Source: Acidobacteriota bacterium
GTDB lineage: Bacteria; Acidobacteriota; UBA6911; RPQK01; JAJDTT01
Length of the DNA: 64,000 bases
Direction: 5' to 3'
Assembly: GCA_965209055.1 (NCBI GenBank)
Contig: OZ242374.1
Span: 4,064,001 to 4,128,000, forward strand
The translations under genes were made by a program, and so were the position numbers. A model generated the notes under the pieces. That model saw nothing but the letters and a program-made list of their open reading frames with translations. It made no database searches and was not told the origin of the DNA. Within the stretch, counting starts at the first letter, position 1. Every line of letters begins with the position of its first letter. Below are positions 45,433 through 55,158 of this stretch, one piece after another.

Positions 45433-47706
45433 CTATCGCTCCAGGACCATGGCCTTCCGGGCCAGTCGAACGAACTCGCCCCGGTAGCCGTGAGGATCGT
45501 CTCCTGCGGCGTCCTGAGCCCAGCCCAGGACCTGTTGCAGATTGGCGGTTCCCCGGTGAGGCGAATCGCGAAGAATCATGCCGAAGGCGGCCACGGCGGA
45601 GGCGAACCGGAAATCGGGCGCGGCATCCGCGAAGCTGGCCGGGGACCCGCTGTGGGTGAACTCCAGCAACCGGCTCTCGTCCTGATCGGGCGGCTTGTAC
45701 CGGATCTTCAGCGTCAGCCACTCATCGGCATCGCCGGAGCGATTCGGTGAAGGGGGAGTCTGATACTTGAGGGGATCGACGCTGCCGGCCGAATACCCGG
45801 TTCCGGCGGGAACGATCTCGTAGAGGACGGTCACCTGGTGGCCGGCTCCGATCTCTCCGCCGTCCCGGGTGTCGTCGTTGAATTCCTCGTGCCGCAGCGC
45901 CCGGTTCTCGTACCCGATGAGACGGTAGGAATCGACCCGGGCCGGATTGAACTCGATCTGGATCTTGGCGTCCTTGGCCACGGTGACCAGCGTGGCGCCC
46001 AGTTCCCTGACCAGGACTTTTCGCGCCTCCTCCAGGCTGTCGAGATAGGCAAAGTTGCCGTTTCCCCGGTTGGCCAGGGATTCCAGGGCGGCGTCCTTGT
46101 AGTTGCCCGTTCCGAGACCGAGAACGGTCAGGAAGATACCGCTTCGAGCCTGATTCCGGATCAACCGGATCAGGCTTCCCTCGTCCGTCAGCCCCAGGTT
46201 GAAGTCCCCGTCCGTCGCCAGAATCACCCGGTTGGTTCCGCCGGGGATGAAATGGGCCGCGGCGGTGGCGTAAGCGTCGCGGATGCCGGCCTCTCCGTTG
46301 GTGGGACCGCCGGCCATGATGTGCTCCAGCGCCTGCAATATCTCCTCTTTCCGGTCACACGGTGTCGAGGGAAGGACCACTGCGGACTCTCCGGCGTAAG
46401 TGACGAAGGCGACCCGGTCCTTTTCGCCCAGGTTCTTGATCAGGAGCCTCATGGCCCGTTTCAAAAGCGGCAGCTTGTCGGCGGGCCGCATCGATCCGGA
46501 GACGTCCAGCAGGAACACGAGGTTTCCGGGAGGACGCTCGGCGGGATCGATGGCCTCGGACTGGATCCCGACGCGGAGCAGAAGATGCTCCTGCATCCAG
46601 GGCGCCCGGGCCAGTTCCATGAGAACCGCGACGGGGTCCTCTCCGCTGGGCGCGCCGTAGGCGTAGGAGAAATAGTTGACCATCTCCTCGATGCGCACGG
46701 CATCCCTCGGAGGCAGCGAACCCTGGCGGAGAAAGCGGCGGACGTTGGAGTAGGACGCGGTGTCCACGTCGATGCCGAAGGTGGAAAGAGGTTCCCGGAC
46801 CACCTTCCGGAACGGGTTCTCCTCCTGGTACCGGTAGGCCTCGGTGCTGGACCGGCTGGGGACCGGCGCCGGCATGGCCGGTCGCTCGTCAAGGTTGGCG
46901 CGCACCGCCACCGATGGAGCAAAGGGAACCGACGGCGGCATCCGTAGCCTTCCGCGGCGCATTTGCGATCTTTCCCGGCGAGCGTATCGTTTCCCAAAGA
47001 TTCCTTCGGGAAGCGCTCCGGGCTCGATGACCCTTCCGCCCGACTTCTTGGATATCAGTGATGCGCCGGAACCGGTACTGCCGCTCAGGTTCTCCGAAAC
47101 CACAGGCGTCTCGGAAGGAACCGGGAGCGACGACCCGGAACTGTCTCGGACGGCAGGAGGCGCCGGCGACACTGCCTTCGGTGGCTCGGCAGCAGTTTGG
47201 ACCATGTCTTGCGGGGGAGCCGCGGCATCTGGAACCCGGCTGATCTGGTCACCAGCTTGCTCCATGGTCCTTCCCGTGTCCGGAGGAGCCTCGTCCGCGA
47301 CAGCTTCCGGCCGCTGGAGACCGGCGGAGAGACGCGGCTCTTCCGCCTCCTGAAGGAAGAGGACCGCGGCGGAGACCATGACTGCGAGCGCCGCGGCCGC
47401 CGCCAGTCCGGCGGGAAACCACCAGGACCCGTTCCCGCGACGGACCCGCGGCCACAGGCCCCGGGAGCGCGGCGGTTCGCCCAGGTTGGCGAGCTGGTGG
47501 GGAGCGAGGGAGGGACATGGTTCCTGCTCCAACTCGTGTTGGATCAGTTCCGCCGTGGCTCGCAGCGATTCCACTTCCTGCCTGAGTGCGGGAGAACCTT
47601 GCAGGAGGGTTTCCACCGCTCGGATCTCCTTCGGGTCGGTCAATTCGCCGAGGGCATAAGCCATCAGCCTGGGGTCCTGGGCAGGGTCTTGGAAATCTGA
47701 CTTCAT
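45433..47706 (-). CDS. Anti-sigma-like N-terminus + TM + YfbK-type vWA (DUF3520) protein
   Basis: ATG 47706 overlaps sigma stop; LMAYALGEL, TM, PLSTFGIDVDTASYSNVRR, MIDAS DVSGSM, ATDGDFN, YRLIGYENR. Confidence 0.88.
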   Translation of the reverse strand: MKSDFQDPAQDPRLMAYALGELTDPKEIRAVETLLQGSPALRQEVESLRATAELIQHELEQEPCPSLAPHQLANLGEPPRSRGLWPRVRRGNGSWWFPAGLAAAAALAVMVSAAVLFLQEAEEPRLSAGLQRPEAVADEAPPDTGRTMEQAGDQISRVPDAAAPPQDMVQTAAEPPKAVSPAPPAVRDSSGSSLPVPSETPVVSENLSGSTGSGASLISKKSGGRVIEPGALPEGIFGKRYARRERSQMRRGRLRMPPSVPFAPSVAVRANLDERPAMPAPVPSRSSTEAYRYQEENPFRKVVREPLSTFGIDVDTASYSNVRRFLRQGSLPPRDAVRIEEMVNYFSYAYGAPSGEDPVAVLMELARAPWMQEHLLLRVGIQSEAIDPAERPPGNLVFLLDVSGSMRPADKLPLLKRAMRLLIKNLGEKDRVAFVTYAGESAVVLPSTPCDRKEEILQALEHIMAGGPTNGEAGIRDAYATAAAHFIPGGTNRVILATDGDFNLGLTDEGSLIRLIRNQARSGIFLTVLGLGTGNYKDAALESLANRGNGNFAYLDSLEEARKVLVRELGATLVTVAKDAKIQIEFNPARVDSYRLIGYENRALRHEEFNDDTRDGGEIGAGHQVTVLYEIVPAGTGYSAGSVDPLKYQTPPSPNRSGDADEWLTLKIRYKPPDQDESRLLEFTHSGSPASFADAAPDFRFASAVAAFGMILRDSPHRGTANLQQVLGWAQDAAGDDPHGYRGEFVRLARKAMVLER

Positions 47707-48266
47707 CGGACCTTCCTCGATGCTGTAGCGGCCGGCTCGGAGCGCTTCTCCAGCTCGGCGCGCACCTTTTTCACGGCGGTATGGATGAGGTAACCGACGT
47801 TGCTCACCGAAATGCCGACGGTGGAGGCGATCTCCCGGTAGCTGAGGCCGTTCTGGAACTTCAGCCGCAACACCTCCTGCTCTCTGGGGGGCAGGCTCTC
47901 CAAGGCCAGAAGCACGCGGCTCAGGGTCTCCCGGCGCTCCAGCAACTGGGCCGGCCCGGGCGCGGTGCTGGCCGGTTCCAGGTTTCCGGTCCCCGTCATC
48001 CGGGTCATCCGGTTCTCCTTGCGTAGCAGGTCCAGAGCCCGGTTCCGGCACACCGTAAAGAGCCACTGGGCCAGGTGCCCCTCCACCTTTCCCCTTTTCT
48101 GTTTCCAGAGGCGCAAGAAAGTGTCCTGGACCACGTCCCGGGCCAGGTCCAGGTCACCGGTGAGGTGCGCGGCGTATCGGACCAGCGGGCCCTGATATGA
48201 GTCCAGAACGGATCGCATCCAATCGGCCTCCTCAAGCGTTCGAGAGTTTCTCCCCGAATCGGTCAT
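47703..48266 (-). CDS. ECF sigma-70 factor
   Basis: ARDVVQDTFLRLW, WLFTVCRNRALDLLRKE, LPPREQEVLRLKFQNGLSYREIA. Confidence 0.92.
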   Translation of the reverse strand: MTDSGRNSRTLEEADWMRSVLDSYQGPLVRYAAHLTGDLDLARDVVQDTFLRLWKQKRGKVEGHLAQWLFTVCRNRALDLLRKENRMTRMTGTGNLEPASTAPGPAQLLERRETLSRVLLALESLPPREQEVLRLKFQNGLSYREIASTVGISVSNVGYLIHTAVKKVRAELEKRSEPAATASRKVR

Positions 48267-48342
48267 CCTCTATCAGGTTAACGCTCGAGCCGGGTTTTTC
48301 TTAGGAAAAGGGGGGCGAATTAAATTGCGGAGGCGGATGGGG

Positions 48343-48819
48343 TCAGTGGCCGGTCCGGCCCTGGAGGAGGTCCACGGCGTGGGGAAGCAACTTGAGGACG
48401 GCGTCCAGCGACTCGGTGGCGCCTTTGGGGCTGCCCGGGAGGCAAAGGATCAGAGTCTGGTTGCGGGCTCCGGCCAGGGACCGGGAGAGAGCGGCGAATG
48501 GGGTCTTCTTCAGCCCCTCCAGGCGCATGAGCTCCGCCAGGCCGGAGGCCTCCTTGCTCAGAAGAGGCCGCACGGCCTCCGGGGTCACGTCCCGGGGGCC
48601 GAGTCCCGTGCCACCCGTCATGACCATGAGATTGGTGTCGCCGGAGTCGCAGCAGGCGAGGACCTGTTCTTGAATGTCGGCCATCTCATCCGGGACGATG
48701 CGGTTTGCCGTCACCTTCCATCCCGCCTCCAGGAGCTGCTTCGTCAGAGCCTGTCCGGAAAGATCGGGCCTTTGGCCGTGAAAACAGCCGTCACTGACGG
48801 TCAAGACGATGGCCTTCAT
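48343..48819 (-). CDS. mog: Molybdopterin adenylyltransferase MogA/MoaB family
   Basis: [39 protein letters not shown]. Confidence 0.88.
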   Translation of the reverse strand: MKAIVLTVSDGCFHGQRPDLSGQALTKQLLEAGWKVTANRIVPDEMADIQEQVLACCDSGDTNLMVMTGGTGLGPRDVTPEAVRPLLSKEASGLAELMRLEGLKKTPFAALSRSLAGARNQTLILCLPGSPKGATESLDAVLKLLPHAVDLLQGRTGH

Positions 48820-49229
48820 GCTCCGTAACCCTCGATCCAGACCTCGCCGTCCCGGTAATGCTCCTTCTTCCAGATGGGCACCGACGTCTTCAGCGTGTCG
48901 ATGGCGAAACGGCAGGCCTCGAACGCGTCCGCGCGATGGGCCGAGGCGACGGCGATGAAGACGCTGCTCTCACCGATCTCGAGCCGTCCGGTTCGATGGA
49001 CGATGGCCAATCCGTGAAGCGGCCACCGCTTCAACGCCTGCTCGCGGATCCGGGTCATTTCGGTTTTGGCCATTTCCGGGTAGGCCTCGTAGTAGAGATG
49101 GGTGACCGACTTGCCCCGGGCGTGATCCCGGACGACGCCGTCGAAGGTGACGACGGCGCCCGCCTGGGGAGAAGCGACGCTGCGGACCACCTGCTCCCGA
49201 TCGATGGGAGTTGCGACCAGCTCGATCAC
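48816..49229 (-). CDS. moaE: Molybdopterin synthase catalytic subunit
   Basis: GTG 49229 with GGAGG RBS; [36 protein letters not shown]...ID.LK..VPIWKKE. Confidence 0.93.
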   Translation of the reverse strand: MIELVATPIDREQVVRSVASPQAGAVVTFDGVVRDHARGKSVTHLYYEAYPEMAKTEMTRIREQALKRWPLHGLAIVHRTGRLEIGESSVFIAVASAHRADAFEACRFAIDTLKTSVPIWKKEHYRDGEVWIEGYGA

Positions 49230-49480
49230 GCGGCTCCTCCGCTGACGGGGGGAAAGAAAGCGATCTCGTCCCCGGGCGAAACCTCCTGGTCCCAGTCCGA
49301 GTACTCCTGGTTGACGGCCACCAGGAGCGCCTTCCGGTAACGCCGCAGGCCGGGGAACCGGCCTGCCAGCCGTTGGAATACCTGGCGCGCCGTGTTTCCG
49401 GGCGGGACCGAGTCGAGGAGGATCTCGGACTGGCCCACCACGTCCCGGAGAGAGGCGAAGAGGCAGATCTTGACGACCAC
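49226..49480 (-). CDS. moaD: Molybdopterin synthase sulfur carrier with C-terminal GG-AA extension
   Basis: [32 protein letters not shown]-stop; start refined to GTG 49480. Confidence 0.88.
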   Translation of the reverse strand: MVVKICLFASLRDVVGQSEILLDSVPPGNTARQVFQRLAGRFPGLRRYRKALLVAVNQEYSDWDQEVSPGDEIAFFPPVSGGAA

Positions 49481-49486
49481 GCATGA

Positions 49487-49495
49487 AGTATAGCA
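49487..49495 (-). promoter_or_regulatory. Extended -10 element (TGcTATACT) 6 nt upstream of moaD GTG; possible leaderless transcript
   Basis: Minus strand gctgcTATACTtcatgcGTG; no SD sequence before the start. Confidence 0.45.
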
Positions 49496-49548
49496 GCCGC
49501 ATCCGGAGCAGGGATTCGCTCCGGGAATCAACCGAGAAGGCTCAATAT

Positions 49549-49595
49549 TTACTATAAATAGTGAAAAATAGATCAGATATTACTATGTATAGTAA
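49549..49595. promoter_or_regulatory. Two copies of a 16 bp palindromic operator in the divergent moaD/nfeD intergenic region
   Basis: TTACTAT-AA-ATAGTGA (49549-49564) and TTACTAT-GT-ATAGTAA (49580-49595), 31 bp apart in an AT-rich patch. Confidence 0.65.
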
Positions 49596-49718
49596 ATATC
49601 CATCCATTTGCCCCAATATAGGGCCCCGTCGACCGCGTATTCTCGACCCCGGACCAGGTCCGGGGCCGTCCGGTTCCCTTGGCGACTTTCGTTCGGGACT
49701 GTTAAAATCACGGGCCTG

Positions 49719-51026
49719 ATGAAGAGGGTTCTGGGCCTGCTCTTGCTCCTCTCGACACCGGTCGCGCAAGCCGAGATCCTCAAGGTCGAGATTGACGGAC
49801 CCATCGATCCCATTACCTCCGAGTTCATTACTTCCGCCATCAAACAGGCTGAGGATTCGAATGCCGAATTCCTCTTGATCCGCCTGGCGACGCCGGGCGG
49901 CCTGGGCATCTCCATGCAGGAGATCATCCAGAGCATCCTGAATTCGCCGGTTCCCGTCGTCTGCTTCGTCGCTCCCCAGGGGGCCCGCGCCGCGTCCGCC
50001 GGCTTCTTTATCCTGCTCTCGGCAGACGTCGCCGTCATGGCCCCCGGTACCAATACGGGGGCGGCGCATCCCGTGTTCCCCTTCGGCATGGAGAACAAGA
50101 TCATGCTGGAGAAGGTGAAAAACGACGCCGTGGCGGGTTTGAGGGCCATCGTCCAACAGCGGAAGCGCAATTACGAGCTGGCCGAGAAGGGAGTCCTGGA
50201 GAGCAAGTCCTATACGGCTCGGGAAGCCCTTGAGGGGGGACTCATCGATCTGGTCGTGGGCAACGAGAGCGAACTCATGGCGACGCTGGAGGGAAGGCAG
50301 ATCGAGCGTTTTTCGGGTGCTTCCCAGGTTCTGACGACCGCAGGGCAGGAGGTTCGGGTCGTCGAGATGACATTCCGCCAGAGGGTCCTCAGCTCAATCG
50401 CCAATCCAAACGTCGCTCTCATCCTGGGCGTGATCGGCCTGCTGGGGCTCTACCTGGAGTTTTCGAACCCGGGCCTGATTCTTCCGGGAGTGTTGGGCGG
50501 GATCAGCCTGCTCCTGGCCCTTCTCGGATTCTCGCTGCTTCCCGTGAACTACATCGGGATTCTGCTCATCCTTTTGGCCCTGGGTCTGTTCGTGGCCGAG
50601 GTGACGGTTCAGGGATTTGGAATTCTCGGTGCCGGAGGAACCGTCGCTATGATTTTGGGCATCCTGTTTCTGGTGGACTCTCCCTTTCCCGAACTCCGGA
50701 TCAGCTACGGGCTGGCCGTAGCGGTCGCCATTCCCTTCGCCCTGATTGCCATCCTCCTGCTGCATCTGACCGTGAAGTCGGTGCGCTTGAGAGTCACCAC
50801 CGGGACGCGGGGGATGGTGGGATTGTATGGAGTGTCCCAGACACTCATCGAAGGGGATGAGGGTTGGGTTCTGGTCGCCGGGGAACGATGGAAGGCGGTG
50901 TCGGCGACGTCGATTCCCCAGGGCGCCCGGGTCAAGGTGGTGGCTTCCAAGAATCTGGTCCTGGTCGTTGAGCCCTACACCGGGTCGGGAGTATCTTTGG
51001 CCACGGCTGTAGAGGAAAAGGGGTGA
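49719..51026 (+). CDS. nfeD: NfeD-type membrane-bound ClpP-class serine protease
   Basis: Signal peptide; LATPGG, RAASAG, PGTNTGAAHPV, TM bundle, C-terminal OB domain (VLVAGERWKA). Confidence 0.9.
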   Translation: MKRVLGLLLLLSTPVAQAEILKVEIDGPIDPITSEFITSAIKQAEDSNAEFLLIRLATPGGLGISMQEIIQSILNSPVPVVCFVAPQGARAASAGFFILLSADVAVMAPGTNTGAAHPVFPFGMENKIMLEKVKNDAVAGLRAIVQQRKRNYELAEKGVLESKSYTAREALEGGLIDLVVGNESELMATLEGRQIERFSGASQVLTTAGQEVRVVEMTFRQRVLSSIANPNVALILGVIGLLGLYLEFSNPGLILPGVLGGISLLLALLGFSLLPVNYIGILLILLALGLFVAEVTVQGFGILGAGGTVAMILGILFLVDSPFPELRISYGLAVAVAIPFALIAILLLHLTVKSVRLRVTTGTRGMVGLYGVSQTLIEGDEGWVLVAGERWKAVSATSIPQGARVKVVASKNLVLVVEPYTGSGVSLATAVEEKG

Positions 51027-51086
51027 GCAGCCCCATTCGATTCGGCCGAAAAAATTCCGGGTCTTCCTGCAGGAGTGGAGGTTTCC

Positions 51087-51884
51087 ATGTTTGAAGGTAT
51101 TCCGTTTTCAACCATAGTGCTGGTGGGCATCGTCATTCTCTACGTGCTCTCCGTCGTCAATGTGCTGAGGGAGTATGAGCGCGGAGTCATTTTCCGTCTC
51201 GGAAGACTCCTGCCCGACTCGAAGGGTCCCGGCTTGATCCTGGTCTTCTGGCCCATCGACCGCATGGAACGGATCAGTCTGAGGATGGTGGCCATGGACG
51301 TCCCGTCCCAGGACATCATCACCAAGGACAACGTCTCGGTCAAAGTCAACGCCATCGTCTATTTCCGTGTCATCGAGCCCAACAGCGCCGTGGTGTCCGT
51401 GGAAAATTATCTGTACGCCACCTCACAGCTTTCCCAGACCACCCTGCGCTCGGTCCTGGGCCAGGTCGAGCTGGATGATCTGCTGAGCAAACGGGAAGAG
51501 CTCAACGATCGGCTGCAGTCGATTCTCGATCAACACACGGACCCGTGGGGAATCAAGGTTTCCCTGGTGGAGATCAAGACCGTGGATCTTCCGGCGGAGA
51601 TGCAGCGGGCCATGGCCCGGCAGGCCGAAGCCGAGCGGGAACGGAGAGCCAAGGTGATCCACGCCGAAGGCGAGTACCAGGCGGCGACGCGACTGCAGCA
51701 AGCGGGCGGCATGCTTGCCTCGGAGCCGGTGTCGGTGCAATTGCGGTATCTGTCGACTTTGTCGGAGATCGCCACCGAGCAGAATTCCACCATCGTGTTT
51801 CCCCTCCCCATGGATGTCCTGTCTCCCCTGATTCAGATGGTCAAGAAGGCCGGGGCTCAAAGTGGCGGTGATTCCGAAGATTGA
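51087..51884 (+). CDS. Slipin/stomatin SPFH domain protein
   Basis: [62 protein letters not shown]. Confidence 0.93.
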   Translation: MFEGIPFSTIVLVGIVILYVLSVVNVLREYERGVIFRLGRLLPDSKGPGLILVFWPIDRMERISLRMVAMDVPSQDIITKDNVSVKVNAIVYFRVIEPNSAVVSVENYLYATSQLSQTTLRSVLGQVELDDLLSKREELNDRLQSILDQHTDPWGIKVSLVEIKTVDLPAEMQRAMARQAEAERERRAKVIHAEGEYQAATRLQQAGGMLASEPVSVQLRYLSTLSEIATEQNSTIVFPLPMDVLSPLIQMVKKAGAQSGGDSED

Positions 51885-52422
51885 TTGGAGAGAGATCGTT
51901 TACCTTTATGGGCTCACTCTCCTGACGGTCACCGGGTTTTTCCTCCTCGGCCTCTACGTGGGCCGAAGTTTCCCGGTGGAAGCGGAGCCAGCACGTTTTA
52001 CGGCGCCGTCCGGGAGCAGCTCCTCCAGTTCCCAAACGAAGCCACAGTTGGAGTTCTACGGGCGTCTGAACGACCCGGCCAGCCGGGGTGCGGACGCACC
52101 CGGCGCCGAAATTTCTCCCGAACCGTTGGAGGGCGCGGCAGGTCCCGGCTCCCAGGCCAACGCGCAGGGCCCACCGTCCGGCGCTCACCGTTTCACCGTT
52201 CAGATCGCCGCCATGGAGCGTGAAGCGGAGGCGCGGAAAGAGTTGGTGAAGGTTCGGTCCCGGGGATACCTGGCCGAGATACGCCGCCTGGGGCCAAACG
52301 ATCAATTCTTTCGAGTCTGGGTTGGAGACTTCCCGACCAGGCAGCAAGCGGATCACTTGGCCAATCGGTTGTACGAGGACGGGTTCCCGACGTTCGTCCG
52401 GAGCATGGCCGAGTCTCCATGA
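51862..52422 (+). CDS. Membrane-anchored SPOR domain protein
   Basis: N-terminal TM (FFLLGLYVG), LEFY, C-terminal FTVQIAA...FRVWVGDF. Confidence 0.8.
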   Translation: MAVIPKIDWREIVYLYGLTLLTVTGFFLLGLYVGRSFPVEAEPARFTAPSGSSSSSSQTKPQLEFYGRLNDPASRGADAPGAEISPEPLEGAAGPGSQANAQGPPSGAHRFTVQIAAMEREAEARKELVKVRSRGYLAEIRRLGPNDQFFRVWVGDFPTRQQADHLANRLYEDGFPTFVRSMAESP

Positions 52423-53909
52423 CAGGCTGGGCGCTGCGTCCCCTGGTCTCCGGGATCGGGATCTGCCTGGCCTTTCCCGGATTTTCTCTCTTTCCTCTGG
52501 CCTGGGTGACGCTGGCCCCCTACCTTCAATTCCTCCTGGAGACCGGTTCCCGCCGCCGGATTCTGGCGGGACATCTGATCTTCTCGTCCCTCTACTTCGG
52601 CGGAGTGCTCTACTGGATTCCGCGTGTCCTGGTCGAGTTCGGCAATCTGGACTGGTTCACGTCCGCTCTCATCTTCGGACTCATGATCCTGCTGCTGGAT
52701 CTGTTCCTGCTTCCTTTTTCCCTCCTGACGCACGCGGTGGCCCGGCGGTCCGCCGCCGCCGCTCTCTGGTCGGTTCCGGGCCTGTGGATCCTGACCGAGC
52801 TGCTGCGCAACTACTACACGGTCAACGGATTTCCCTGGGCGTTGGTGGGACATACACAGTTCGCGTACCACTGGATCGCGCAGGTGGCGGACCTGAGCGG
52901 CGTCTACCTGATCTCCTTTCTGGTGCTGTTGGGCAATGCCGCCCTGGTCGCGGTCCTTCGAAACCGGAGTTGGAGAATCCCGGCCGTGTTTGCACTCTGC
53001 TTTGCCGGAGCCAATCTCTACGGGATATACCGCTGCCACGTTTGGACCCCGCCTCCGGGAATGGAATTGCGCGTCGCGCTGGTGCAGCCCGATGTGGGGC
53101 TCTTTGCCGATGGCCGGCACTATGCAAAAAAGTACTTCGACGACCTTCCCCGGCACTACGCGAGGGCGGTCGAAGCGGGAGTCGACTGGGTGATCTTCCC
53201 GGAGGCTCAGAACCCCTACCTGTTTACGGCAGACTCCGAATTCCGGACGTTCTGGCGGCGTCAGGTCCAGGCGGCGGGGGTTCCCCTGGTAATGAACGTC
53301 ACCTCCATCGAACGGCCTCCCTCGAACCGCTATTTCAACAGCGCCTACCTCCTGGAGGGCGGGGAAACGGTGTCCTACCGCTACGACAAGATCCACCTGG
53401 TTCCATTTGGGGAGTACGTTCCGATGGCGGAGTGGCTGGCATTCGCCTCACCTCTGGTTCAGGAGGTGGGCGGGTTCCAACCAGGACAGGAATATGTCCT
53501 GGGTCAGGTCTCCGGGGTCCGGTTCGCGACGCTGATCTGCTTCGAGGGCATTTTCCCCGAGTTGGCCCGGGACTTCGTCCGAAACGGGGCCGAGATCCTG
53601 GTCAACATCACCAACGACACCTGGTACGGAAGGACGGCGGCTCCGATGCAACACTTCCAGTTCGGCGCATTTCGCGCCATCGAGCAGCGCCGTCCCCTGC
53701 TGCGTTGCGCCAACAGCGGCTATTCTTCCCACATCGACGCCACGGGCGCCGTTCGCAGCCGGACCGGCCTCTTCGAGGAGAGACTTCTGATCGACACGGT
53801 GCAGTCCAGTTCCTACCGGTCCGTTTACTCCCGGGTGGGCGAATGGATTAATATGTGTCTGGCCGGTTTGGCGCTTCTCGGCCTGGTTTTTCCGCGCGGA
53901 CGGCGATAA
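52419..53909 (+). CDS. lnt: Apolipoprotein N-acyltransferase
   Basis: GFPW, catalytic E-K-C in IFPEA, YDKIHLVPFGEYVP and LICFEGIFP; NITNDTWYG, RAIE. Confidence 0.93.
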   Translation: MTGWALRPLVSGIGICLAFPGFSLFPLAWVTLAPYLQFLLETGSRRRILAGHLIFSSLYFGGVLYWIPRVLVEFGNLDWFTSALIFGLMILLLDLFLLPFSLLTHAVARRSAAAALWSVPGLWILTELLRNYYTVNGFPWALVGHTQFAYHWIAQVADLSGVYLISFLVLLGNAALVAVLRNRSWRIPAVFALCFAGANLYGIYRCHVWTPPPGMELRVALVQPDVGLFADGRHYAKKYFDDLPRHYARAVEAGVDWVIFPEAQNPYLFTADSEFRTFWRRQVQAAGVPLVMNVTSIERPPSNRYFNSAYLLEGGETVSYRYDKIHLVPFGEYVPMAEWLAFASPLVQEVGGFQPGQEYVLGQVSGVRFATLICFEGIFPELARDFVRNGAEILVNITNDTWYGRTAAPMQHFQFGAFRAIEQRRPLLRCANSGYSSHIDATGAVRSRTGLFEERLLIDTVQSSSYRSVYSRVGEWINMCLAGLALLGLVFPRGRR

Positions 53910-53996
53910 GGCGCCGCCGTGAATTCCGACCGAACCGCACCGTCGGGAAGGCGCCGGCACCGGAATTCGGACGCTGAACGTAGGGAGGCCGTCGTC

Positions 53997-55149
53997 ATGG
54001 AGGATTTCCAGGAGCGCTATCGCGATCTGAGGACCAGGATCGGCAACCTGTGGGAGTATCTTTGACGTCGAGGCCAAGGAAAAGGAACTCGAACAGATCG
54101 AGAAGGTGATCTCGGACCCGTCCTTCTGGACCCGGGCCCGGGAGTCCCAACACGTTCTCCGCCGCCGCCGTTACCTGCACCGGAGCCTGGAGCTGTCCCG
54201 GGAGTGTGGGAACGGGCTGGAGGATCTGGAGGTGTTGATCGAGCTGGAGCGGGAAGGGGAGGAGGTCCTCGACGATATCCGGCAACAGGTGCGAGACCTG
54301 GAGGATCGGCTCTCCAAAGCCGAGATGAACACGCTTCTCTCGGGCCGGCACGACGCCTGCAACGCCATCGTCACCATCCACCCCGGCGCCGGCGGCACCG
54401 AGAGCCAGGATTGGGCTCAGATGCTCCTGCGCATGTACCTGAGATGGACCGAAAAGCAGGGCTACAAGGCGGAGATCGTGGACTTTCAGGAGGGTGAGGA
54501 AGCCGGGATCAAATCGGCGACCTTCCTGGCTCAGGGAGACTACGGGTATGGGTACCTGTTGAGCGAGATCGGCGTCCATCGCCTGGTCCGCATCTCGCCT
54601 TACGATGCCGCCGCCAGGCGCCACACCTCGTTCGCCTCGGTCTTCGTCTCGCCCGAGATCGACGACAGCGTCGAGATTGTCATCGACGAGAAGGATCTCA
54701 AGATCGACACCTACCGGTCCTCCGGCAGCGGCGGGCAGCACGTGAACGTCACCGATTCGGCCGTCCGCATCACCCATTTGCCGACGGGAATCGTCGTGCA
54801 ATGCCAGAACGAACGGTCCCAGCACCGGAACAAGGACACGGCAATGAAAGTCCTCCGCGCCAAGCTCTACGACTATGAAATGGAGAAGCGGCGGAAGGAA
54901 CTGGACGAGGTCGAGGATTCCAAGGCCGACATCGCATGGGGCAGCCAGATTCGTTCGTATGTGCTGCACCCGTATCGCCTGGTCAAGGACCATCGGACCC
55001 GGATCGAAATCGGAGACGTGGATTCGGTGCTGGACGGGGGAATCGGCCTCTTCATCGAAGCCTACTTGAAACGGCGCAGCCGGGAGAAGAGCCGGCGCGG
55101 GAGAATCTCAGGTAAAGAATCCAATAATAACGATTTCAAAGCTGTTTAA
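53997..55149 (+). CDS. prfB: Peptide chain release factor 2 (programmed +1 frameshift)
   Basis: ATG 53997 MEDFQERY...LWEYL, CTT-TGA-C, then DVEAKEKE...; GAGGTESQDW, SPY anticodon-mimic, GGQHVN, WGSQIRSYV. Confidence 0.95.
54052..54066 (+). promoter_or_regulatory. prfB autoregulatory frameshift site
   Basis: GGGAG-TAT-CTT-TGA-C: internal SD, slippery CTT-T and in-frame UGA. Confidence 0.93.
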
Positions 55150-55158
55150 GGATCATAG

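Noticed and set aside
45433-48066. 877 aa version of the vWA protein; likewise extended starts for the kinase (12143), YhaN (21158), moaE (49502) and DUF3891 (7932)
   Set aside because: Extensions overlap upstream genes; downstream coupled starts fit better
54060-54066. prfB pseudogene (in-frame stop)
   Set aside because: Canonical programmed frameshift site
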